A stretch of 64,000 bases of DNA from Candidatus Limnocylindrus sp. (GTDB lineage: Bacteria > Chloroflexota > Limnocylindria > Limnocylindrales > Limnocylindraceae). Below the pieces are notes generated by a model. It was not told where the DNA came from. It saw only the letters and a list, made by a program, of their open reading frames with translations, and made no database searches. A program made the position numbers and the translations under genes. This document shows, piece by piece, positions 53,124-62,247 of the stretch (position 1 is its first letter; the number at the start of each line of letters is the position of its first letter). The stretch is from the NCBI GenBank assembly GCA_040397175.1, contig JBBAWM010000001.1:89976-153975 (forward strand), given 5' to 3'.

Positions 53124-54073
53124 GCGGGCGTGCGGAGCGTCAAGAGTCGCGCCGGATTCTCCACCGTCATCGTCTTGATCGTTGCCGCGTTGACCCCCGC
53201 CGCAGCAAGGCTTGGCAAGAAGCTCTTCTGCAGATAGGTGTAGCCGTTACCACCGTAAGAAGCGAGCTGCGAGTCGTGGCACACATCTTGGCTGAGCAAG
53301 ATCTGCTTCTCGAACCCCTCGTTGAGGAGTGTGCTGATCAGCTCGACGACCTTCGGTTCTCCAGCCCGCTCGAGCGGCGTGAAACTCATCCCCAAGAAGT
53401 CGGCCTCGACATGCGCGCCACGGCGTACGATCTCGCGCCAATGTTCAATCCGTGGATGCGAGTCGCAGTGGCCAATCACAATGCGCGCGGGGTCGAGCCC
53501 TTCATCTTCAAGAATCGCGAGTTGCGCCAGGCCAACATCGCTTTGCACCGCATGGGTGGTGACCGAGGCACCGGTGCGAAGCGCGGCACGGGCGGCGGCG
53601 CGGAAGACGCGCTCCTCTTGCGCGGTGACCCACGGCTTGTCGGTGCCGATTTCGCCGATGACCCCTGGTCGCACTGGGCCGTCGACAAACTCCTGCACGA
53701 TCTCGTTGGCAAGATCGTCGATGGAGCGTCGATCGATGCGCGCCTCGGCGGGGTAGTAGGCCTGGCGATACCAGCCGGCACCGGCAACGATGTGCAGTCC
53801 GGTCGCCTGCGACAGGCGAGCCAGCCGTGTCAGATCTCGTCCGATGCCAATCGGCGTCACGTCAACCAGGGTGCCGCCGCCGAGTGCCTTATAGGCGCCC
53901 AGTTCTTCGTTGATGCGGGGCTCATCGCCGATCAGCTCCCAGTAATCCCAGCGGTTCTCGATCCACCAGAGGCTGCACTTGGTGTGCTCGTGGGGGAGGG
54001 TGAATCCGAGGTCACCAGGCGCCACGGGGCCGAGGACGGTTTGGACCTGACCGGGGGCGGCACGGCTGCTCAT
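53120..54073 (-). CDS. php: Phosphotriesterase-homology protein (Php-like amidohydrolase)
   Basis: VQTVLGPV..LGFTLPHEH, GVIGEIG (Glu bridging ligand), THA, IGHCD and LLSQD motifs. Confidence 0.9.
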   Translation of the reverse strand: MSSRAAPGQVQTVLGPVAPGDLGFTLPHEHTKCSLWWIENRWDYWELIGDEPRINEELGAYKALGGGTLVDVTPIGIGRDLTRLARLSQATGLHIVAGAGWYRQAYYPAEARIDRRSIDDLANEIVQEFVDGPVRPGVIGEIGTDKPWVTAQEERVFRAAARAALRTGASVTTHAVQSDVGLAQLAILEDEGLDPARIVIGHCDSHPRIEHWREIVRRGAHVEADFLGMSFTPLERAGEPKVVELISTLLNEGFEKQILLSQDVCHDSQLASYGGNGYTYLQKSFLPSLAAAGVNAATIKTMTVENPARLLTLRTPA

Positions 54074-54205
54074 GGGGGCATCCTACGGCCTGTGCAGCCT
54101 ACGCAACCTATTGGCAGCACGTTCGTGAGCGTGGGATCATCGCCCCCAAGGCGTAGAGGTGGCCCGCTGGGCCTGCCCCGCCGGAATATGAGAGGTAGTG
54201 ACGAG

Positions 54206-55120
54206 ATGAAGATCAAGTCAACACTCCTGGCGCTCCTTACGGGCGCCGCCCTCGTGGCCGGAGCCTGTGGTAGCTCAACCGCGAGCCCAAGCGCAAGCGC
54301 CGCAGCAGGCACCGTTTGCGAGAAGGCAATCGCCGCTGGCGAGCCAACTACGAGCCTCCTTGGCTCAATCTGCGCGGCAAAGGTCATCAAGATCGCAACC
54401 GACCCAGCATATCCACCGTATTCTTCGCTGGATGCTTCCGGTGAGTACGTTGGATTTGACTCCGACACCGCTCGCGAGGTCGCGAAGCGCCTCGGAGTCA
54501 CAATCGAATGGGTCACACCTGATTGGTCCGCAATCACCGCCGGCAACTGGGCCGGCCGATGGGACCTCTCGATCGGTTCAATGACGCAGACCGCAGAGCG
54601 CGCAGCCGTCGTGGACTTTATTGATCCGTATTTCTACGAAGCTGGGTACGTCATCGTGCCAACTGATTCAACAGCAACCACGCTTGCCGATCTCGCTGGC
54701 AAGGTTGGTTGTGCCGGTGAGGCCACGACCCACTCCCAGTGGATCGAGGGGAAGCTCACGACAAACACATATCTTGAGGTATACAACGCTCCGCCAGCTG
54801 ACGCTGTGTTGAAGACGTACAAGACAGACCACATGTGCATTGAGGCCTACCTCGCCGGTCGTACGAACGACTGGGAGTTCATGGCACAGAGCAAAGAGTT
54901 CCTTACCTCAGCAGTTGCTGAGTCGAATGGGACGCTGAAGTTCCTGAGCGATAAGGCAAACTTCTCAAGCCAGGTCTCGTTCGCGTTGGATAAGAGCGGC
55001 AAGCCAGACGCAACGTTGCTTGCAGAGCTCAACGCTATCGTCAAGGCAATGCATGACGATGGAACGCTTTCAGCACTCTCAATCAAGAATCTCGACGGCG
55101 TCGACAAGTCGAAGCCGTAA
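54206..55120 (+). CDS. Polar amino-acid ABC transporter substrate-binding lipoprotein (family 3)
   Basis: Lipobox LVAGAC; YPPYS, GFDSD, DWSAITAGNWAGRWD and SMTQTAER motifs. Confidence 0.92.
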   Translation: MKIKSTLLALLTGAALVAGACGSSTASPSASAAAGTVCEKAIAAGEPTTSLLGSICAAKVIKIATDPAYPPYSSLDASGEYVGFDSDTAREVAKRLGVTIEWVTPDWSAITAGNWAGRWDLSIGSMTQTAERAAVVDFIDPYFYEAGYVIVPTDSTATTLADLAGKVGCAGEATTHSQWIEGKLTTNTYLEVYNAPPADAVLKTYKTDHMCIEAYLAGRTNDWEFMAQSKEFLTSAVAESNGTLKFLSDKANFSSQVSFALDKSGKPDATLLAELNAIVKAMHDDGTLSALSIKNLDGVDKSKP

Positions 55121-55154
55121 CTCGAACGTAATAGGTATCTGAACGCGGATACCG

Positions 55155-55189
55155 CTCGGAGGGGGCGTGGTAGCCACGCCCCCTCCGAG
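55155..55189 (+). terminator. Intra-operon hairpin/terminator after the substrate-binding gene
   Basis: Perfect 16-bp stem CTCGGAGGGGGCGTGG-TAG-CCACGCCCCCTCCGAG followed by T-rich ATTATTTGTTGATTTT. Confidence 0.75.
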
Positions 55190-55228
55190 ATTATTTGTTG
55201 ATTTTGTAGCCACTGGGGGAGGGATCGA

Positions 55229-56038
55229 GTGAGCGACGAACAGCGCCTCGCACTAGCTGTCGCCGATGCCCAAGCCAGTCGCGCGAAGGCATGGAGCCGT
55301 CGATTCCGTCTCACCTGGGGTGCCGTCGTCGCCCTCCTGCTGATCTTCATTGCGACCTCTCTCAACGTTGAGATTGGCTTCATGACGAGCGCAACTCCAT
55401 TTATCTTGGGCGGCATTGGACTAACGATTCTCGTCTCGGCTGCGTCCATAACGCTTGCCACCCTTCTTGCCACGGTTGGCGCACTTGGCCGCCTCTCCGG
55501 GAACGCCGTGATCAACGGGATCGCCTCGTTCTACGTGAGCTTCTTCCGCGGTACCCCACTCATCTTGCAGTTGCTCTTCTGGTACCTCGCGCTGCCGCAG
55601 GTGGGGATCGTGCTCGACCCGATCCTGTGCGCGATCGTGGCGCTTGGCATGAATTACGGCGCTTACATGACGGAGATCTTCCGTGCTGGCGTGCAGGCGG
55701 TACCGCTCGGTCAGCATGAGGCCGCCGCAGCCCTTGGTATGTCGGGCCGCACCGCCTTCTTGCGCATCATCGCCCCGCAGGCGTTCCGCATTATTGTGCC
55801 AGCGATCGGTAATGACTTTGTCGCGATGCTCAAAGACTCGGCGCTCGCCTCAACGGTCTCGCTGCATGAGATTCTGTGGAGGGCACAGAACATTGGCGCG
55901 CAAAAGTTCAAGACGCTACAAACCTTCATGATTGCGGCCATGGTGTATTGGGTGCTGACAATCGTCTTTACCGCCCTGCAGAATCGCATTGAGAGCCGCC
56001 TCTCAGCTGGCGATCGAAATAAGACGGTGCGAGGATGA
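55229..56038 (+). CDS. Amino-acid ABC transporter permease (HisM/Q type)
   Basis: [31 protein letters not shown] and LKDSAL motifs. Confidence 0.95.
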   Translation: MSDEQRLALAVADAQASRAKAWSRRFRLTWGAVVALLLIFIATSLNVEIGFMTSATPFILGGIGLTILVSAASITLATLLATVGALGRLSGNAVINGIASFYVSFFRGTPLILQLLFWYLALPQVGIVLDPILCAIVALGMNYGAYMTEIFRAGVQAVPLGQHEAAAALGMSGRTAFLRIIAPQAFRIIVPAIGNDFVAMLKDSALASTVSLHEILWRAQNIGAQKFKTLQTFMIAAMVYWVLTIVFTALQNRIESRLSAGDRNKTVRG

Positions 56039-56898
56039 GTGACATGAAGAGCCTCTCGAATACGCCAGATGCGCACCCAATGCATCCTGCTGAAAAGCCA
56101 GGAGTTCTGGTGAAGCCTGGAGCCGAACCGGTGCTCAAGGCAACCAACATCACCAAGTGGTTCGGCGAAAATCATGTGCTGCGCGGCGCGTCCATCACGG
56201 TATGGCCAGGTGAAACCGTCTGCATCCTGGGACGTTCAGGGTCTGGAAAGAGCACTTTCCTGCGCAGCTTGAACTTCTTGGAAGATCCCACCGACGGCAC
56301 CGTCGAGATTGATGGCGTCATCGTCGGCGCTGACCCGTTCCATAAAGAGGGGAGCGAGCGTCAAGGGCGCATCCGAGACGTGCGCATGCGCGCTGGCATG
56401 GTCTTCCAGGAGTTCAACCTCTTCCCGCACCTAAGCGTGATCGAGAACTGCGTGGAAGCACCCGTGCACGTGAAGAAGTTGGACCGCAAGGAGGCTGAGG
56501 CGATCGCGGAGAAGTACCTCGCCAAGGTTGGGCTGCTCGAGAAGCGCGACGAATATCCTTCACGACTCTCCGGCGGACAGCGCCAGCGCGTTGCCATTGC
56601 CCGCGCACTGACGATGCAGCCGAAGGTTCTGCTTTTTGACGAGCCAACCTCGGCGCTCGACCCAACGTTGGTCGGCGAGGTGCTCAAGGTGATGGCTGAC
56701 TTGGCGCACGAGGGGCGAACCATGATCGTGGTTACCCACGAGATGGACTTCGCGCATGAGGCGGCTGACCGCGTCTACTACATGGATCAGGGCGAGTTCG
56801 CCGAGGTCGGGCCACCAGAGCAGGTGATTGACGCGCCGAAGGACCCACGCACCAAGGAATTCCTTTCGCGCTTCCGCACCCTCGGCGGAAAGAAGTAG
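56035..56898 (+). CDS. Amino-acid ABC transporter ATP-binding protein (GlnQ type)
   Basis: [32 protein letters not shown] and [10 protein letters not shown] motifs. Confidence 0.96.
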   Translation: MSDMKSLSNTPDAHPMHPAEKPGVLVKPGAEPVLKATNITKWFGENHVLRGASITVWPGETVCILGRSGSGKSTFLRSLNFLEDPTDGTVEIDGVIVGADPFHKEGSERQGRIRDVRMRAGMVFQEFNLFPHLSVIENCVEAPVHVKKLDRKEAEAIAEKYLAKVGLLEKRDEYPSRLSGGQRQRVAIARALTMQPKVLLFDEPTSALDPTLVGEVLKVMADLAHEGRTMIVVTHEMDFAHEAADRVYYMDQGEFAEVGPPEQVIDAPKDPRTKEFLSRFRTLGGKK

Positions 56899-56900
56899 CC

Positions 56901-58061
56901 ATGGCGGGCGGCGCACCCGACCTGCTGGTGGTGGGCGGCGGTGTCTGGGGAACCTGGACCGCACTGCAGGCGCGACGACTCGGCGCCACCGTGCAGCTGA
57001 TCGAAGAGCGCGAGCCCGGTGACGCAAAGACCACCTCGGGTGACTACAGCCGCATCATTCGACACTCCCATGGAGAGGACGCGCTGCTGATGGGCTGGGT
57101 ACAGCGTGCGCGAACTGCATGGCAGGAGCTCGGCGAACAGGCGGGCGAGCAGATCCTTGTGGAGAGCGGCGTTGCCTGGTTTGTTTCGGGCGCCGGCATC
57201 TGGGAGGCCAGCTCTGAAGCGCGGATGCGCGAGGCTGGTGTGCCGTGCGAGCGCATCACGCCAGAAGAGGCGCTGCGCCGCTGGCCAAGCCTCGGCACCG
57301 AAGGCCTGTCATCTGTGCTTTACGAACCGACCGCCGGCTTCTTGCGCGCGGGGAACGGCGTGCGCGCAGCGGCGCGCATGTTCGAGCGCGAGGGTGGCGT
57401 GATTACGCGTGGTCGCGCAAGGCCGGCGACCGATGGCAGTGCGCTCGACGCGAGTGGGGCACCGATCGCCGCCGGCGCAACGGTGTGGGCGGCGGGGCCG
57501 TGGCTCCCGCAACTCTTTCCGCAGCTCGTTGGCGCCGATGCTGAAGCTTCGATTGTTCCGGTTCGCCGCGACGTGATCTACTTCGATGCGCCAAACATGA
57601 CTGTGGGTGACATACCAACCTGGGTCGACGAAGGGCTCGCTGTGTGGGGGATTCCCAACGACCAGGGCCACGGCGTAAAGGTTGGCCCAGAGTTTGATGC
57701 GGGGAGCTTTGATCCAAGTGTTTGGCCCGACGAGGCGCACCCAACATCGATCGCGCGAGCGCGCGAGTGCGCGGTGCGATTCCCCGCACTGAAAAGTGCA
57801 CCGGTGAAAGAGACACGCGCCTGCCAGCACGAACGCACCAAGAGTGGCCACTATGTGCTGGATCAGCATCCCGAGAGCGCTGCGATCTGGCTCGCTGGTG
57901 GTGGCTCAGGGCACGGATATAAGCAGGGGCCGATGGTGGGCGAGGTGATGGCACGTGCGGCGCTGAATAAGGACCCTCTGCATCTGCCCGATCGACGCTT
58001 CAAGTTGCGCGACCGCAGTGAGGGACCATCGAGCCCAATGGGAGAGATGGGGCTCGCCTAG
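56901..58061 (+). CDS. FAD-dependent amine oxidoreductase, monomeric sarcosine oxidase/SolA-like
   Basis: VVGGGVWG, SGDYSRIIR, AAGPW, RAC (MSOX covalent-FAD Cys position) and SGHGYKQGP motifs. Confidence 0.85.
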   Translation: MAGGAPDLLVVGGGVWGTWTALQARRLGATVQLIEEREPGDAKTTSGDYSRIIRHSHGEDALLMGWVQRARTAWQELGEQAGEQILVESGVAWFVSGAGIWEASSEARMREAGVPCERITPEEALRRWPSLGTEGLSSVLYEPTAGFLRAGNGVRAAARMFEREGGVITRGRARPATDGSALDASGAPIAAGATVWAAGPWLPQLFPQLVGADAEASIVPVRRDVIYFDAPNMTVGDIPTWVDEGLAVWGIPNDQGHGVKVGPEFDAGSFDPSVWPDEAHPTSIARARECAVRFPALKSAPVKETRACQHERTKSGHYVLDQHPESAAIWLAGGGSGHGYKQGPMVGEVMARAALNKDPLHLPDRRFKLRDRSEGPSSPMGEMGLA

Positions 58062-58074
58062 CCCCAGGCGCCGC

Positions 58075-59211
58075 CTAGCGCGGCGTGGTTTCGGAGGCGA
58101 GGAACTCGCGAACGAGCGACTGGAAGTGATGCACCCCGTTCTCACGGAGCGCGGAGAAGCGCCCCGAGGTGTAGGCGGTCGACTTCAGGCCCCGCTGGAC
58201 CTGCTCGCAGATCACGATGTCCTCCTGCTGGATCTGGTCGCTGAAGGCGATCCCCTGCTGCATCGACTCCCACCCTGGCCCGGTTCCAGGCGAGGCGAAG
58301 TACCACTCGAAGATGGTCAGGGTGCGGTTCGGCCCGAGCGGGATGACGAGGTTCAACGAGAGGTTGTCGGGGTAGAGGTTCAACATCATGTTCGGGAAGC
58401 ACCAGTAGTAGAGGGCGTCATCTTCGCCCTCGCCGCTGCGAATGAAGCGGCGATCAACGCCGTGCACCTCGCCCTCCTTCAGGTCGCGAATTGGGGCGAG
58501 TGACTTGGAGTAGAAGCGATGCGGTTCCACCTTGTAGGCGTCGTAGTCGAGCTCCTTGAAGAGGTCAGGATGCGCGATCGGGATGTGATACCCCTCAAGG
58601 TAGTTGTCGACGTACACCTTCCAATTGCACTCTACGATGTAGTCGCGGCGCTCCACGAGCTGCATCTCGTCCATAGGGAACCCAGCGGCGGCAATCTCAC
58701 TCGGAATGGCGCCGAGCACTTCTTCGAGCGGTGGCGCATCGGCACTGAGGTTCGCGAAGATGAATGGTCCGAAGACGGCGGTGCGCACGGGAATGAGACC
58801 AAAATCTTCCTTACGGAACCCCTCGGTCTGGTCCATCTCTGGGCAGTTCTTGAGTGCACCGTCGAGGCCGTAGGTCCAACCGTGATAGCGGCACTGCAGG
58901 CTCTTGCGATTCCCCTTGCTCAGCGCAACTTGGCCGGCGCGATGGCGGCAGACATTGTGGAAGCCAGAAATCGTGCCATCGAGGCCGTGCACCAAGACGA
59001 TCGGCTCGTCGAGGATGTTGGCTGGCACGAAGTCGCCAGGTCGCGTGAGGTCGGCGGTGCGTGCCACGATCTGCCAGGTGCGATTGAAGATCGCGTCACG
59101 CTCGCGCTCGAAGACCTCGGGCGAGAGGTACTCGCTGGCAGTCAGGGTGTGTGCCTCACTCGTTGGAACGGGGAATCGGGCCGCCTGCTTGTCGTGCTGC
59201 GGCGTTGTCAC
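58075..59211 (-). CDS. Rieske non-heme oxygenase alpha subunit (choline monooxygenase/CntA-like)
   Basis: CRH...CRYH Rieske motif; NWKVYVDNYLEGYHIPIAH; QEDIVICEQVQRGL. Confidence 0.88.
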   Translation of the reverse strand: MTTPQHDKQAARFPVPTSEAHTLTASEYLSPEVFERERDAIFNRTWQIVARTADLTRPGDFVPANILDEPIVLVHGLDGTISGFHNVCRHRAGQVALSKGNRKSLQCRYHGWTYGLDGALKNCPEMDQTEGFRKEDFGLIPVRTAVFGPFIFANLSADAPPLEEVLGAIPSEIAAAGFPMDEMQLVERRDYIVECNWKVYVDNYLEGYHIPIAHPDLFKELDYDAYKVEPHRFYSKSLAPIRDLKEGEVHGVDRRFIRSGEGEDDALYYWCFPNMMLNLYPDNLSLNLVIPLGPNRTLTIFEWYFASPGTGPGWESMQQGIAFSDQIQQEDIVICEQVQRGLKSTAYTSGRFSALRENGVHHFQSLVREFLASETTPR

Positions 59212-59223
59212 GCGGCTACTCCG

Positions 59224-60516
59224 CTACTCCGCGGCGGCGGCGAGTTTTGCGGCGATGGCGGCGCGTGCCGCATGACGATCGCTGAAGTCGATTCCCTCCA
59301 TGTCGCCTGGGGCTAGGCCGGCGGCCCAGCCGCGTGAGGTGCGCTTCCCGTCGGCGGCGTAGCGATCGGCAACCATCAGGTCAAAGGCCTGCACGCTCGC
59401 CTCGAGCTCGGTGTAGCGGCCGGGCGGCAGCATGCTCGAGGCGGTGCCGCGCTGCTGCAGCTCGCACACATGCCAGTCCTGGCGGTTCGTCATATCCCAG
59501 AAGCCGTGCGCATCAGAGAAGTCGTAGTCGGGAAGCTTCAGCGTGTCGGGATGCAGGTACCAGTCACACACGACGCGCGATCGGCCTGGGCCGAGCGGCT
59601 CGATCATGTGGACCATCAGGTAGTCGGGGTGGAGTGAGAGGAGCAGGTTCGGCCAGACGGCGAAGTACTGGATGCGCTTCGCGTCGGTCTCGGTCATCCC
59701 CTTGAGCCATGGGCGCGAGTGCGATCCCTTGTCGAGCCCCATCGTTAGCGCCTCGCCGACGAGCGGCTGCCAGCCACCCTTCCACCAGCCACGCGCCGGA
59801 ATATCTTCGCCAAGGTCATACGGCGTGAGCGCATTCAACTGCGGATGCACACCTGGGCAGTGGTAGCACTCGGAGTAGTTCTCGACGAGGATCTTCCAGT
59901 TCGCCGCGACATCGTAGGTTTCGCGCTGGGCGAGTCGTAGTGGCGCGAAGTCGAAGCGTGCGAAGACGTCAACGAGGTCATCAAGGTAGGTGAGGAGCGG
60001 CTCAGCCTCGTTGTCCAGCGTCAAGAAGACGAAGCCCTGCCACGTTTCGCAACGCAGCGGCACCAGGTCGTAGTCGCCAGGGCTGAAACGCTTCAAATCT
60101 TCGGTGTGCTTCGCCTTCAGAAGTTTGCCGTCGGGGCCGTAGACCCAGGCGTGATATGGGCAGACGATCTTCTTCGCCTCGCCGCAGTCTGGCTTGCCGT
60201 CAGCGGGCCCTTCAATAAGAGTTGCGCCGCGGTGGCGGCAGGCATTGATGAAGGCGTGCAGCTTGTTATCTTCACCGCGCGAGACGATCACCTGCTCGCC
60301 GGCGAACTCCAGCAGTCGGTAGGAGCCAACGTTTGGCGTCTCCTCCTCGCGGCCGACGCAACGCCACTCATGACGGAAGATCTCCTGTGACTCCCAGTCG
60401 AAGATCGCCTGGTCATGAAAGACGCGTGGCGGAAACATGTCGGCTTCGTCGAAAGGTCGGCGCACGGCGGCAATGGCGGCCGGGTCGAGTGGGGCAGGGC
60501 GCTTCGCAACAATCAT
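59224..60516 (-). CDS. Rieske non-heme oxygenase alpha subunit (GbcA/Stc2 quaternary-amine demethylase-like)
   Basis: CRH...CPYH; NWKILVENYSECYHCPGVHP; QDWHVCELQQRG. Confidence 0.88.
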   Translation of the reverse strand: MIVAKRPAPLDPAAIAAVRRPFDEADMFPPRVFHDQAIFDWESQEIFRHEWRCVGREEETPNVGSYRLLEFAGEQVIVSRGEDNKLHAFINACRHRGATLIEGPADGKPDCGEAKKIVCPYHAWVYGPDGKLLKAKHTEDLKRFSPGDYDLVPLRCETWQGFVFLTLDNEAEPLLTYLDDLVDVFARFDFAPLRLAQRETYDVAANWKILVENYSECYHCPGVHPQLNALTPYDLGEDIPARGWWKGGWQPLVGEALTMGLDKGSHSRPWLKGMTETDAKRIQYFAVWPNLLLSLHPDYLMVHMIEPLGPGRSRVVCDWYLHPDTLKLPDYDFSDAHGFWDMTNRQDWHVCELQQRGTASSMLPPGRYTELEASVQAFDLMVADRYAADGKRTSRGWAAGLAPGDMEGIDFSDRHAARAAIAAKLAAAAE

Positions 60517-60541
60517 GCCGCTATGGTGCCACGCCGCGGGG

Positions 60542-61252
60542 CTATTTGAGCGGGGCGTTGAGGGTGTAGACCCCTCCGCTGCGGTCGTTGACCGTGATGG
60601 TGACCATCCCCTCGCGGGTGAGCGAGGCCTTACCCGTGCTCCCCGCATCGTCGCTCAGGGCGAGGCTGCCGTAGGCCCGCACCGTGGTGCCCCGGAGCGA
60701 TGGGGCGAGCTCCGTGGTGACCGTTCCCCGCGCCTCACCGCGCCAGGCCAGGAGCGGCGCGCCACGGCCCCGCGTCGTCTCAAACGAGAACTGCGACGGA
60801 GCCGCCATGCCGAGACCGCGCAACCCAACCGTCGTTCCAAGGATCCGCTCGTTGCCAGTGAATCGCCCGATCCCCTCAACCTCGGCGGTGATCTCGGCGG
60901 CAAGATCGCCGCGTGCACCAACCGACCGCGCGGTGATGACGGATGAGGTCTCTCGGTCTTTTTCTGTAGCACTGCGCTCGCTGGAGAAGTTCGGCTGTCG
61001 ATACCCACGCCCGTAGCTGGTCGACGCTGCAACGGCGTAATAGGCGAAGCAGACGAGCGCGGCGGCGGGGATCGGCCCGCCTGGTCGGCGTACAGCAAGG
61101 AGTTGCTGCAGCGGCGCCAAGATCACGGTCTTGGTGGCGCGGCGGGCGAGGTACTGCACGAAGGTCGTGCCATCGGTCTCATAGTCGGCGCGGGCGTCGG
61201 CGCTCGGACGAAATGGGGCGCGCGTGAGTCGTTCGTTCAGTTGTTCTTTCAC
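60542..61252 (-). CDS. Hypothetical protein
   Basis: Fills the gap between flanking genes; TAGGAT-N6-GTG leaderless-type start supports this strand and start. Confidence 0.6.
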   Translation of the reverse strand: MKEQLNERLTRAPFRPSADARADYETDGTTFVQYLARRATKTVILAPLQQLLAVRRPGGPIPAAALVCFAYYAVAASTSYGRGYRQPNFSSERSATEKDRETSSVITARSVGARGDLAAEITAEVEGIGRFTGNERILGTTVGLRGLGMAAPSQFSFETTRGRGAPLLAWRGEARGTVTTELAPSLRGTTVRAYGSLALSDDAGSTGKASLTREGMVTITVNDRSGGVYTLNAPLK

Positions 61253-61300
61253 CTCATCATCCTACGCCTTTCCTGTGGTGCTGCCGCTACACTGCTGCAG

Positions 61301-62242
61301 ATGTCCACCAGAGTCGTCTCCCGTGCCGCTACTGCTGACCTGGCGATTGCCGCCGCACTCTGGGGCGGCATGTATGTAGTCTCTGCCGAGACCTTTGCCG
61401 CGATCCCACCGGCAACGCTGGGCCTCCTCCGTCTACTGCTCGGTGTCGCCGCCCTTGCTACCTTCGCGCTCCTCCGCGGTGAGTCGCTCGGATGGGCGAA
61501 GGCACCGAAGGGTGCCGTACTGCGCGCTGGCATCGCCGTCGCTGCGTCGATCCTCTTGCAGTTCGCCGGCACCGCCCTGACATCAGCGGTTGAGGGATCG
61601 GTGGTGACGATGGCCACCCCAGTCTTCGTGCTGATCTTTGGTCGGCTCCTGGAAGGGATTCGCGTGCCGCGACAGGCCTGGCTCGGCATTGCCCTTGCCG
61701 CAATTGGTGTCGCTGCACTCGCGCTGCGCAGCAGCGGTGGCGGTGACCTTGTCGCCGATGCGAGTGCCAGCCGGCTGCTCGGCATTGCGATGCTGATCGG
61801 TGGCGGCGCAGCATGGGCGCTCTTCTCGAGCCTCGGTCGACCGATCGTTGCCGCGGTGGGGGCCCGCAACGCCGTCACGCTCAGCGCCGGACTAGCGATC
61901 CCCATGATGCTCCCGTTCGTCGTTGCGGAGCTAGCCGTTGGTGGCATTGACCTCGCCGCAGCCACGACTCCAAGCACGCTACTTGCCGTGCTCTATCTCG
62001 GCGTTGGGGCCACATCGATCGGCTGGAGTTGCTGGTACCGCGGCTATGCCGCCGCACCACCACGACTCGCCGCAGGGGTGCTCTTCTTGCAGCCGCTCGT
62101 TGCCGCCGCACTCGGCGTTGGCCTACTGAACGAAGCACTTGATTCTGGGCTGGCGCTTGGCGCACTCTTCCTGCTCGGCGGTGTGGCAATGATCTCCTTT
62201 GAACGTTCCAGCAGCACAAAGCAGAGCCGCGTGCGATCGTAG
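61301..62242 (+). CDS. DMT/EamA family transporter
   Basis: LWGGMYVV, TPVFV and FLQPLVAAALG..LNE motifs; about 10 TM helices. Confidence 0.9.
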   Translation: MSTRVVSRAATADLAIAAALWGGMYVVSAETFAAIPPATLGLLRLLLGVAALATFALLRGESLGWAKAPKGAVLRAGIAVAASILLQFAGTALTSAVEGSVVTMATPVFVLIFGRLLEGIRVPRQAWLGIALAAIGVAALALRSSGGGDLVADASASRLLGIAMLIGGGAAWALFSSLGRPIVAAVGARNAVTLSAGLAIPMMLPFVVAELAVGGIDLAAATTPSTLLAVLYLGVGATSIGWSCWYRGYAAAPPRLAAGVLFLQPLVAAALGVGLLNEALDSGLALGALFLLGGVAMISFERSSSTKQSRVRS

Positions 62243-62247
62243 GGGGA

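Noticed and set aside
52712-54205. 802-aa ORF extending the ABC binding protein about 500 codons upstream
   Set aside because: The extension is the antisense shadow of php and overlaps the DMT gene; the lipoprotein signal peptide begins at 54206.
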